From IMG/VR virus record IMGVR_UViG_3300017917_004441, positions 1-64,000 of that record: a stretch of 64,000 nucleotides of DNA. One strand, given 5' to 3'. The translations under genes and the position numbers were made by a program. Positions 38,764 to 48,018 of the stretch are shown here, in pieces (within the stretch, counting starts at the first letter, position 1; each line of letters opens with the position of its first letter). The notes beneath the pieces are model-generated. The model saw nothing but the letters and a program-made list of their open reading frames with translations, searched no databases and was not told the DNA's origin. The stretch comes from a virus.

Positions 38764-39474
38764 ATGGTTACATTTGATGGTAAAAAAATTGCGGACATTG
38801 GTTATTTTATCAATTTGGATGAAAGAACCGATAGACGTGAAAAGTTAGAATCACAACTTACTAAATTTAACATTCAGGGTGTAGAAAGGGTCTCAGCAAA
38901 TAAAACTACCGATTCAGGACCAACAAACTGTAAAAGAAGTCACTTTGACTTGTTACAGAAATTAGTTGATTCAGAACATGAGACCTTATTGGTTTTGGAG
39001 GATGATTGTTTGTTTTTGGATTTTCTATTGGAAGAATCTGATGAAATTTTTGATAACATCAACAAAACTCAATGGGATCTATTTTGGTTGGGTTGTAGAA
39101 ACAGAAGAACTCCCTTACTGAAAGAAAATAATTGTTATACGGTTTCTTCAGTTTCCCACGCACAGTCTTATTTGATCAAAAAAGATTTTGCTAAACACAT
39201 CTTGGAAAGATATCCAATATACCCCCACGATAATCATAACAACGTTCCGATTGATGAATTGTTGACTCTGTGTGTTTATGGATACGATGTTGTTGCCAAT
39301 CCAAATAGTGTGAATTTTTACAATTTAGATCAACCTTTGGATGTTCTACCAACACATTACACCGCACTTTGTTATGAGAAGTCTCTAACGACCCAATACT
39401 CCTCATATAGTAATCTTTGGCATTACGAAACCCATTGGGAGGAGTATATAATCAAATCGTTCCCTAAGTGGTAA
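38764..39474 (+). CDS. GT25 glycosyltransferase (Lex2/COLGALT family)
   Basis: YFINLDERTDRR, CKRSH, LVLEDD, AQSYLI, PID. Confidence 0.85.
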   Translation: MVTFDGKKIADIGYFINLDERTDRREKLESQLTKFNIQGVERVSANKTTDSGPTNCKRSHFDLLQKLVDSEHETLLVLEDDCLFLDFLLEESDEIFDNINKTQWDLFWLGCRNRRTPLLKENNCYTVSSVSHAQSYLIKKDFAKHILERYPIYPHDNHNNVPIDELLTLCVYGYDVVANPNSVNFYNLDQPLDVLPTHYTALCYEKSLTTQYSSYSNLWHYETHWEEYIIKSFPKW

Positions 39475-39477
39475 AGT

Positions 39478-40215
39478 ATGAAATTAGTTAGTGTTACTTG
39501 GTCTTATGGAGATGAATCTAATGTGAAGGATACTATCCTTTATAAAAGTTTTATCAAACACAATGATGAGAGTGATTTTGTGAATATTCACTTCAACAGA
39601 TCAAAATATGCGGAATTGGAAAGTGAATTTCAATCTAAATTCGGATATCAATATGAGTTTCTATTGTATAGAATCTTTTTATTATCAGATTGGGTAAAAT
39701 TGATAGATGATGATGTTCTGATTTTTTCTGATACCACTGATGTTGTTTGTCTTGGTAAGTTGAGTGACATTGAATTTAATGGCGGTATTGTTTTCTCAGC
39801 CGAGAGACATCAATATCCAAATGACATTTCAAGTTGGGGACCAGTCAATCGTTACCCACAGGAGAATTTGGATAAGTCTAACTTCCTAAATGCGGGTCTT
39901 CAGATCTCTGAAAAAGGTTTATATTTGGAACTTCTAAGGTCTGTCATTGAGAACGTATTTCCTTTGGAATACAAAACATTTGGTGGTGATCAAGGTGTTT
40001 ATATCTACTATCTTATCAATGAAATTTCACCAAAAATTACTTTAGATATAGACCGTAAAGTGTTTGTTAGTACTTATCTAACAAGCCCTGATTGGTATAG
40101 AGTAGAGAATGAGAAATTATTATATAATCCCACAAACTCACACCCACTTTTTGTTCATGATAATGGTTGGAATTATGGAAGTCCTAAAATAATTGAGAGA
40201 TATAGATTGATATGA
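39478..40215 (+). CDS. PLOD/LH3 N-terminal glycosyltransferase-like domain protein
   Basis: IFSDTTDVV, VFSAE...YP, FLNAG, GDQG, LDID..VF, LFVHDNG. Confidence 0.75.
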   Translation: MKLVSVTWSYGDESNVKDTILYKSFIKHNDESDFVNIHFNRSKYAELESEFQSKFGYQYEFLLYRIFLLSDWVKLIDDDVLIFSDTTDVVCLGKLSDIEFNGGIVFSAERHQYPNDISSWGPVNRYPQENLDKSNFLNAGLQISEKGLYLELLRSVIENVFPLEYKTFGGDQGVYIYYLINEISPKITLDIDRKVFVSTYLTSPDWYRVENEKLLYNPTNSHPLFVHDNGWNYGSPKIIERYRLI

Positions 40216-40943
40216 AAAATGCTATAATTTCCACCTATTATTGTCTTGGTTGTCAAGAACCCTCAAAGGATGAATGTAGATCACGATTTGCATATGATGT
40301 TGATGATAACGACTTCTATTTGAACTTCAGTAATGATTTCAATCCGTTTGATTTTTCCAACATATCTAATGTTGGTGTGAGTAAACGGAAGGATCTTGTA
40401 TTCGGTAAGATATTCCGATTGAAAACTTTTATGGAAGAAAATATCTTGGGTAAGTACGATAATATTCTTCACATAGACTATTCAGATACGAAGTTTGCAA
40501 GGAGTAGTACGGAGTTGTTTGAGGACTTTATCAAGACAGGTAAAGATATTGTTATATCAACCGAAAAAAACTGTTGGCCATATCTTCACGCAGTATCAAA
40601 CTGGTTTGGCACTGAATTACCTCAGAAAGAATTTTTCTATGTAAATTCAGGAGCCGTTATATCCAAGACAGAAAAGTTTTACGAAATAATAAAAGAACTT
40701 GAATGGATATGTTTGAATTCTAACATAGACTTTTGGGACGACCAAGGTGTTTGGCAATATTACAACATAAAAGAAAATAACCTCAGTAAGGACCTCAACT
40801 CAGAATATTTCTTTTCAACCGCTGAGTTGGATGAGACTTACTATAAATTTGAAGACGGAGTTATCACTACAAAGTTCGGTACTCAACCTTACTTGATTCA
40901 TGATAATTCAAGTTTTTCACTAAACCTAATAAGAAAAATTTAA
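40212..40943 (+). CDS. Second PLOD/LH3 glycosyltransferase-like domain protein
   Basis: HIDYSD, ISTEKNCWP, YVNSGAVI, DDQGVW, KDLNSEYF, LIHDN. Confidence 0.75.
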   Translation: MKNAIISTYYCLGCQEPSKDECRSRFAYDVDDNDFYLNFSNDFNPFDFSNISNVGVSKRKDLVFGKIFRLKTFMEENILGKYDNILHIDYSDTKFARSSTELFEDFIKTGKDIVISTEKNCWPYLHAVSNWFGTELPQKEFFYVNSGAVISKTEKFYEIIKELEWICLNSNIDFWDDQGVWQYYNIKENNLSKDLNSEYFFSTAELDETYYKFEDGVITTKFGTQPYLIHDNSSFSLNLIRKI

Positions 40944-40944
40944 G

Positions 40945-41553
40945 ATGAGTGTTTCGGGACATTTTGTTTATAAGGGATTGACTATCATGCAACATCCCAA
41001 CGTAGAGAAAGCTTTTGAGGAGCTTTTGATTGATCTAAAACCAACAAAAGTGTTGGAAATCGGTACTTCATCAGGAGGACTTACCCTGATGATTAGAGAC
41101 ATTTTGGATAGAGTTGGTCTATCAGAAACTCGTTTGGTTACCTATGACGTGTATGAACCACAATATCTGAGATATCATGTAAATGATGGTGCAAATATTG
41201 AAATCAAAGTAGAAAACGTATTCAATCACCAATATTCTGACTTGGAGAACGGTCAAGAAATAATTGATTTCATTACTTCAGAGGGAACAACTTTGGTTTT
41301 GTGTGATGGTGGAAGTAAGAAAAACGAATTCAGAATCTTGTCCAACTTCTTGAAAGTCGGTGATGTAATTATGGCTCACGACTATTCTCCTAACGAACCA
41401 TATTTTAGAGAGTTTGTTCATGACACTATTTGGAGTTGGTTGGAAATCCAAGACAGTGATATTGAAGCACCCTGTCAACTCAATAATTTGGAAGGATACT
41501 TTGAAGAAACGTTTAAGAATGTCGTATGGGCATGTAGAAAAAAAATGAAATAA
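40945..41553 (+). CDS. SAM methyltransferase (CmcI/Methyltransf_24-like)
   Basis: VLEIGTSSGGLT, LCDGG, GDVIMAHDY. Confidence 0.75.
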   Translation: MSVSGHFVYKGLTIMQHPNVEKAFEELLIDLKPTKVLEIGTSSGGLTLMIRDILDRVGLSETRLVTYDVYEPQYLRYHVNDGANIEIKVENVFNHQYSDLENGQEIIDFITSEGTTLVLCDGGSKKNEFRILSNFLKVGDVIMAHDYSPNEPYFREFVHDTIWSWLEIQDSDIEAPCQLNNLEGYFEETFKNVVWACRKKMK

Positions 41554-41554
41554 A

Positions 41555-43225
41555 ATGAAAGTTACTTTTGTTACAGGTCTTTGGAATATAAAACGTGATA
41601 CCTTAGGTGAAGGTTGGTCAAGGTCATTTGAACATTATTTACAGAAGTTTGAACAACTGTTACAGGCGGATGTGAACTTAATAATTTTCGGTGAAAGTGA
41701 TTTAGAAGAATTCGTTTGGAATCGTCGCAGCCGAGAGAACACTCAATTTATCGTAAGAGATCAAAGTTGGTTCAAATCGGAGTTTTATGACAAGATTCAA
41801 TCCATAAGGACTAACCCTGATTGGTACGGACAAGTAGGATGGTTATCCGAATCAACACAAGCAAAACTTGAGATGTATAATCCTTTGGTGATGTCCAAAG
41901 TGTACTTACTACATGATGCGAAGTTGATGGATCAATTCAATTCTGACTATATGTTTTGGATTGATGCTGGTCTAACTAACACGGTACACCCAGGTTATTT
42001 CACTCACGATAAAGTGCAGGAAAAATTACCAAAGTATTTTGAAAAATTATCTTTCATTTGTTTTCCTTATGAAGCCAACACTGAGATACACGGATTCAAC
42101 TTTGCCAAAATAAATCAACTTGCCGGGTCAAAAGTGGATATGGTGGCTCGTGGTGGGTTTTTCGGAGGTCCAAAACACGCAATATCAGATCTCAACAGTC
42201 TCTATTACAACCTTATGAGTTCTACTTTGAACTCAAATTTGATGGGAACCGAGGAATCTTTGTTTACGATCCTGTGTTACAAACACCCTGATCTAATCAA
42301 TTATTTTGAAATTGAATATAATGGTTTGGTCGGTAAGTTTTTTGAAGATTTGAAAAACGAGACCTTGGTGAAAAAATCAAAAGCGCCCGTACAACCCAAA
42401 AATACAAATTTGGATACCAATAACACGGCATTGTATGTAATAACCTTCAATAGTCCAAAACAATTTGAAACATTGATCACTTCAATGTTGGAGTATGATG
42501 ATGATTTTATCAACAAACCAAAGAAATTTTTGCTGGATAATTCATCAGATCTCTCAACTACTGAAAAATATAAAGAACTTTGTGATCAACATGGGTTTGA
42601 ACATATCAAAAAGGATAATTTGGGAATTTGTGGAGGTAGACAATGGATTGCCGAACATGCTGATGAAAATAACTTTGATTTTTATTGGTTCTTTGAAGAT
42701 GATATGTTCTTTTACCCTAAAGAAGGTTCTGTATGTAAAAACGGATTCAATAGATATGTGAAGGGATTATATAAAATTTCTATAGAAATTGCCAAGAATA
42801 ATAACTTTGATTTCTTGAAGTTGAATTATACCGAATTCTTTGGTGATAACGGTACACAATGGTCTTGGTACAACGTTCCACAATCATTCAGGGAAACAAG
42901 ATGGCCCGAAAAGAGTCAATTACCTGTACACGGACAAGATCCAAATGCTCCGAGAACTCTGTTCAAGAACATCAGAAGTTATAAAGGTGTACCATTTATA
43001 AGTGGTGAAATTTATTACTGTAACTGGCCTCAGGTGGTCACCAAAGAGGGAAATGTAAAAATGTTTCTTACTGAGAAGTGGGCGCATCCATTTGAACAGA
43101 CTTGGATGAGTTACATGTATCAAGAAACAGTTGCGGGTAACTTGAACCCTGGTATGTTACTTATGACACCAACAGAACACGATAGATTTGAATTTTATGA
43201 TGGTAAATTGAGAAAAGAATCCTAA
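41555..43225 (+). CDS. HtrL/YibB-like domain fused to a GT-A-like domain
   Basis: TFVTGLWNIKR, RSFEHY, FWIDAG, GGFFGG, GTEE; C-domain DNS, NLGICGGR, FFEDDM. Confidence 0.7.
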   Translation: MKVTFVTGLWNIKRDTLGEGWSRSFEHYLQKFEQLLQADVNLIIFGESDLEEFVWNRRSRENTQFIVRDQSWFKSEFYDKIQSIRTNPDWYGQVGWLSESTQAKLEMYNPLVMSKVYLLHDAKLMDQFNSDYMFWIDAGLTNTVHPGYFTHDKVQEKLPKYFEKLSFICFPYEANTEIHGFNFAKINQLAGSKVDMVARGGFFGGPKHAISDLNSLYYNLMSSTLNSNLMGTEESLFTILCYKHPDLINYFEIEYNGLVGKFFEDLKNETLVKKSKAPVQPKNTNLDTNNTALYVITFNSPKQFETLITSMLEYDDDFINKPKKFLLDNSSDLSTTEKYKELCDQHGFEHIKKDNLGICGGRQWIAEHADENNFDFYWFFEDDMFFYPKEGSVCKNGFNRYVKGLYKISIEIAKNNNFDFLKLNYTEFFGDNGTQWSWYNVPQSFRETRWPEKSQLPVHGQDPNAPRTLFKNIRSYKGVPFISGEIYYCNWPQVVTKEGNVKMFLTEKWAHPFEQTWMSYMYQETVAGNLNPGMLLMTPTEHDRFEFYDGKLRKES

Positions 43226-43251
43226 CGGGTATTTATAATAAAATACTATCT

Positions 43252-43653
43252 ATGGATTTTTTCATCAAAAAAAATGCGACCTTACCTCTACTGAAGATGC
43301 AAGTAGTGCAAGACGGTAGAAGTGAGTATCAATCATTTATGGAATCGTTGGCAGATGCTACAATTTCATTCACTATGATAAATGAGGCGACAGGTATCCC
43401 CAAGATCGTTTCTAAACCCGCATACATTGTTGAACTCATCGGACTTGATCCAAATGCTTTACCCGAATATTACGTATATTACAGATTCACCAAAAGAGAT
43501 ACCAACACGGTTGGTAGGTATGTTGGTCAATTTTTGATCAAATACAATCAAGCATTGTTGGGTGGTCCACAAGGGGATTTGATAGTACCCCTAAGGGATG
43601 AACTTTTCATCAATATCCAAGAAAGTTTCATATCTGATTCACCCTGTTGTTGA
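43252..43653 (+). CDS. Small virion protein (BppU-N-like Ig fold, tentative)
   Basis: FFIKKNATLPLL...YYRF...DT..VGRYVGQF; late motif at 43230-43237. Confidence 0.5.
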   Translation: MDFFIKKNATLPLLKMQVVQDGRSEYQSFMESLADATISFTMINEATGIPKIVSKPAYIVELIGLDPNALPEYYVYYRFTKRDTNTVGRYVGQFLIKYNQALLGGPQGDLIVPLRDELFINIQESFISDSPCC

Positions 43654-43750
43654 CGGGACTATCCCAAACTTGTATATTTATAGTTGAATGAGGAAGACTA
43701 ATTCCACACTACGTGGAAGAGAATGTGTCACTCGGTAAATTATACATACA

Positions 43751-46594
43751 ATGATCACAAACGAAGAAATTGAAACGTTTTTACAGGGCAATGACCCCGA
43801 AGAGTTTATAGTCGCAATAGAATTTGACTACGTAACAGACTCAATATATAAAATCAAAGAAATTCCTGGTAAAGGTAAGGCAATCATCAAAGATCACTTT
43901 GTACCATTCGCATGGGTGGGTGATCTACGTGGTTTGAATTTTTACAATGGTTCCAAATTGGAACAGAAAGCCGCAATGTCAAAACATAAGATTGTCATTG
44001 AGAAGTTGGAAACTCACGGTAACGAACGATTAGAGAATGGTTTGACCTATTTGGTAAAGTGTTTAGCAGGTTATAGAGCACTCACTCAATTTTTCCGTGA
44101 AGGTGGAATTGATCCTTGGGGTGATAAAGTCCGTGACTTATTTCTCATGTTACCACCCGTAGAACAATATCTCATTCAAAAAGAAAAACGACTTTTCAAA
44201 GGTTATGAAGAATACAATGATATAACCCGATTTGTATTTGACTTGGAGACCACTTCGTTAGAACCCAAAGATGGTAGAATCTTCATGATTGGAATGAAAA
44301 CTAATACAGGTTTTCACGAAGTTATTGAATGTGATACTGAAGAGAAAGAACGTATTGGTCTAATCAAGTTTTTTGACACAATTGATCATTTGAAACCATC
44401 TATTATCGGTGGTTATAACTCATTCAACTTTGACTGGTACTGGATTTTTGAACGATGTAAAGCACTTGGATTGGACGTGAAGAAGATATGTAAGTCACTC
44501 AATCCACAGAGAACTATTACACAGAAGGAACAAATGCTCAAACTTGCTAACGAAGTTGAGAAGTATCCACAGGTTTCTATTTGGGGATATAACGTTATTG
44601 ATATTCTCCATTCAGTAAGACGTGCACAGGCAATCAACTCCAACATCAAGAGTGCTGGTTTGAAATACATTACCCAATATCTTGAGATTGAAGACAATAA
44701 CCGTATCTACATTGATCACACAGATATTGGTCCTTTCTATGCCAACAAAGAAGAGTTTTGGTTGAATACTGAAAACGGTAAATATAAAAAGGCCGATAAT
44801 CCCAAGTTTGTTGACCTTGATAAGAGATTTCCAAACGTATATGAAAAGGTTACAGGTGATAAGTTAGTTGAGATGTATCTTGACGATGACTTGGAGGAAA
44901 CCCTCAAAGTAGACGATGAGTTCAACCAAGGTTCGTTCCTATTGGCTTCGTTAGTTCCAACAACATATGAACGAGTAAGTACGATGGGTACCGCAACTTT
45001 GTGGAAAATGATTATGTTGGCATGGTCTTACAAACACAATTTGGCTATTCCCGCTAAGGAAACAAAAACAGATTTCGTAGGAGGTCTTTCTCGTCTAATC
45101 AAGGTAGGTTACTCAACCAATGTATTGAAGTTGGACTTCTCTTCTCTGTATCCATCTATTCAGTTGGTTCACGATGTATTCCCAACCTGTGATGTAACAG
45201 GTGCAATGAAGGGATTACTTAAGTATTTCCGTGACACACGTATTTTGTACAAACAATTAGCTGAGGAGTTTTCTGAATCCGACCCCAAAAAGTCTAAGTC
45301 ATACGATAGAAAACAATTACCTATTAAGATCTTCATCAACTCCATGTTCGGTGCATTATCGGCTCCACAGGTATATCATTGGGGTGATATGTATATGGGT
45401 GAACAAATTACCTGTACGGGACGACAATATCTTCGTCAGATGATTTCATTCTTTATGAGTAGAGGATATGAACCTTTAGTTATGGATACGGACGGTGTCA
45501 ACTTCTCAGCACCTAAGGATGTTGAGAACCGAAAGTATATCGGACGTGGTTTGAACTGGAAGGTAAAAGAAGGTAAGGAATACACAGGTGCTGCTGCCGA
45601 TATTGCTGAATACAATGACATCTTTATGAGGGGTGAGATGGCTTTGGATAATGATGGTGTATGGCCATCATGTATCAACTTGGCTCGTAAAAACTATGCT
45701 CTTATGACTGACTCAGGTAAAATCAAGTTGGTTGGTAATACAATCAAATCAAAGAAGTTACCTGGTTATATTGAAGATTTCCTTGATAAGGGTATCAAGA
45801 TGTTGTTGAAAGGTCAGGGTAAGGAATTCGTAGAATACTACTACGAATATTTGGAGAAAATTTACGATCAACAGATTCCACTTATCAAGATTGCTCAAAG
45901 AGCCAAGGTAAAACAAAGTTTGGAGGAGTATAAACTAAGATGTACTCAAAAGACAAAGTCAGGTTCTTTGATGGCAAGACAAGCTCACATGGAACTTGCA
46001 ATCCAACACAACTTGGCAGTAAACTTGGGTGATATCATCATGTATGTAAATAACGGTGAGAAAGCATCACACGGTGATGTTCAAAAAGTACCAGCAAAGA
46101 AATACAGTGAACTCCAAAGAGAAAGACATTTCAAAAAGACCGGTGAAGTACTAGAGGATACTGAATCAAGAATCCAACTGAATTGTTATTTGTTGAATCA
46201 AAGTGAACTTGAAACAAACCCTGATATGACAGGTGATTACAACGTGGCAAGGGCAATCTCAACATTCAACAAACGAATTGAACCACTTATGGTTGTTTTC
46301 CAAGATGAGGTTAGAGGTAACTTACTTGTAGATAATCCTGAAAAACGAGGTATTTTCACATCAAAACAGTGTGAGTTGATCAACGGACATCCATTGTCAG
46401 ATGGTGACCAAGATGATTTGGGAGATGTACTTACGGTGTCTGACCAAGAATTGAACTATTGGGGAAGACGAGGTCTAAATCCGACTTATATGTATGATAT
46501 TGCTGAAGAAGGTTGGGAAAATAAGGTAACCCAATTACCAAATTTTCAATCCATCAGAGGAGAGGATGTACCAACCCTTGTTGATGCTGACTAA
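43751..46594 (+). CDS. polB: Family B DNA polymerase
   Basis: Exo DLETT and YNSFNFD; pol LDFSSLYPS, KIFINSMFG, MDTDG, KNY. Confidence 0.95.
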   Translation: MITNEEIETFLQGNDPEEFIVAIEFDYVTDSIYKIKEIPGKGKAIIKDHFVPFAWVGDLRGLNFYNGSKLEQKAAMSKHKIVIEKLETHGNERLENGLTYLVKCLAGYRALTQFFREGGIDPWGDKVRDLFLMLPPVEQYLIQKEKRLFKGYEEYNDITRFVFDLETTSLEPKDGRIFMIGMKTNTGFHEVIECDTEEKERIGLIKFFDTIDHLKPSIIGGYNSFNFDWYWIFERCKALGLDVKKICKSLNPQRTITQKEQMLKLANEVEKYPQVSIWGYNVIDILHSVRRAQAINSNIKSAGLKYITQYLEIEDNNRIYIDHTDIGPFYANKEEFWLNTENGKYKKADNPKFVDLDKRFPNVYEKVTGDKLVEMYLDDDLEETLKVDDEFNQGSFLLASLVPTTYERVSTMGTATLWKMIMLAWSYKHNLAIPAKETKTDFVGGLSRLIKVGYSTNVLKLDFSSLYPSIQLVHDVFPTCDVTGAMKGLLKYFRDTRILYKQLAEEFSESDPKKSKSYDRKQLPIKIFINSMFGALSAPQVYHWGDMYMGEQITCTGRQYLRQMISFFMSRGYEPLVMDTDGVNFSAPKDVENRKYIGRGLNWKVKEGKEYTGAAADIAEYNDIFMRGEMALDNDGVWPSCINLARKNYALMTDSGKIKLVGNTIKSKKLPGYIEDFLDKGIKMLLKGQGKEFVEYYYEYLEKIYDQQIPLIKIAQRAKVKQSLEEYKLRCTQKTKSGSLMARQAHMELAIQHNLAVNLGDIIMYVNNGEKASHGDVQKVPAKKYSELQRERHFKKTGEVLEDTESRIQLNCYLLNQSELETNPDMTGDYNVARAISTFNKRIEPLMVVFQDEVRGNLLVDNPEKRGIFTSKQCELINGHPLSDGDQDDLGDVLTVSDQELNYWGRRGLNPTYMYDIAEEGWENKVTQLPNFQSIRGEDVPTLVDAD

Positions 46595-46870
46595 TTCAAT
46601 ACAAGCACCTCTTTCCAAACTAATTTCATCCCATTCTTCATCAATTCTACCTGAATCAGGTCGGATGATGACATTAGTCATGGCTTTGATTTTAACTCTG
46701 TCAGTTGTATTTGAATTTAATTGAAGATCACAGGAATCAACTCCCCTTACCACTATAGCATACTCACCATTTGTGGTATATTTTCTTTCAGAAACAATTG
46801 CGGACTCGGATGTTCTTACTCTGTTTCCGTTTATAATTTTTTCTACGGGGATTGTTTTGATTATTGACAT
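46535..46870 (-). CDS. Hypothetical virion protein
   Basis: Co-transcribed with the neck gene; 60-nt convergent overlap with the polymerase. Confidence 0.65.
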   Translation of the reverse strand: MSIIKTIPVEKIINGNRVRTSESAIVSERKYTTNGEYAIVVRGVDSCDLQLNSNTTDRVKIKAMTNVIIRPDSGRIDEEWDEISLERGACIELVSINKGWYILSSDGLKIW

Positions 46871-47988
46871 TATACAACAGTGATTGGAATGGTCATCGGC
46901 CTATACTTCAACTGAGTATTCAAGTTGGTTGCGATTTCAGCCTCTTTTTTCATTTGGTTTTCAGGACGAAGTCTCTCTAATCTCTGTTGTAATTCAGTTA
47001 CAAGAGTTACTTTTTCATCCTTGGCTTCGGTTTGTAGTGATTGGTAATCCATTTGAACTTCACTATCAGGAGTTTTCAGGTTACCACTAAATTTACCACG
47101 AACACGGGCTAGTGTTTCTTTACAATATGCGGTGAACCATCTTCTTACCCAAACTCTTGCCGGTTCGTTCAAGTCAACCCACATTATTTCACTCAAAGGT
47201 ACATCTGATGGAAGTTTTACGATATCAGGATTATCTTTCAAACAAAGATCTCTTTCATCACCACAAACCTCGTAATACCAATACCAAACTTTACCTCTTG
47301 TAAGTTCAGAATCTCCAAAATCAAATTTACCACCAGGTGTATTGAACAACCATACAGCCTTTTTACCATCAGGTAATGCGGTTACTTGGTATTGTAAGTC
47401 AGGTTGAATCAATCGTCTTTTTACGTTGATATCCTGAAGTCTTGACATAACGTCATACGATGAGAAGAAGAAGTATCCACCACCACCGTAACCTGTTTGT
47501 GCAAAACCACCAGGTCCACCCAAACCACCAGGTCCCCCTAAAGCACCGAAAGCCCAAGGGTCAAACAACATATTGTTTTCTTCAGCTGGTGAATACCACA
47601 AAAGTTGGTTGATTTCTCTACAAGCCGGAATCTCATATATTTGTTGGTTAGGTACCAGTTCAAAATAGTCCCTTTTCAAAACATATGGACCCGCATTTTG
47701 AAGACCGGCAATTTTTGAATAAGCATAGGTATATTGAGTTTCCCAATCCAAAGTTCTTCTGATCAAAGCGTTTGCCAATGATTCAGTTTCTAAGTTTAGT
47801 CCATATAAAGAAGTCCATTGAGATTCAATTAACCAATCTTGTACATACTGTGAATAATCTCCAATTGATAATTCTAATAAAGAATCCATCATCTCATATT
47901 CCAATTCTACAGCTCTGAGAGGTGCTCCCAACAAATTTAAAATTCTATTGTAGAATCTACTTCTTTCTGGTTCAGGGATAACTGCCAT
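46870..47988 (-). CDS. Neck/head-tail adaptor protein, T4 gp13-like
   Basis: ILNLLGAP..VEL; WVRRWFTAYCKETLARVRGKF; late motif at 48003-48010. Confidence 0.8.
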   Translation of the reverse strand: MAVIPEPERSRFYNRILNLLGAPLRAVELEYEMMDSLLELSIGDYSQYVQDWLIESQWTSLYGLNLETESLANALIRRTLDWETQYTYAYSKIAGLQNAGPYVLKRDYFELVPNQQIYEIPACREINQLLWYSPAEENNMLFDPWAFGALGGPGGLGGPGGFAQTGYGGGGYFFFSSYDVMSRLQDINVKRRLIQPDLQYQVTALPDGKKAVWLFNTPGGKFDFGDSELTRGKVWYWYYEVCGDERDLCLKDNPDIVKLPSDVPLSEIMWVDLNEPARVWVRRWFTAYCKETLARVRGKFSGNLKTPDSEVQMDYQSLQTEAKDEKVTLVTELQQRLERLRPENQMKKEAEIATNLNTQLKYRPMTIPITVV

Positions 47989-48018
47989 GTCCGTTTTTTA
48001 TATATAAATATCCAATTA

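Noticed and set aside
43751-46594. Intein or intron in the DNA polymerase
   Set aside because: The motifs are continuous, and no C...HN-[CST] splice junctions or LAGLIDADG blocks are visible.
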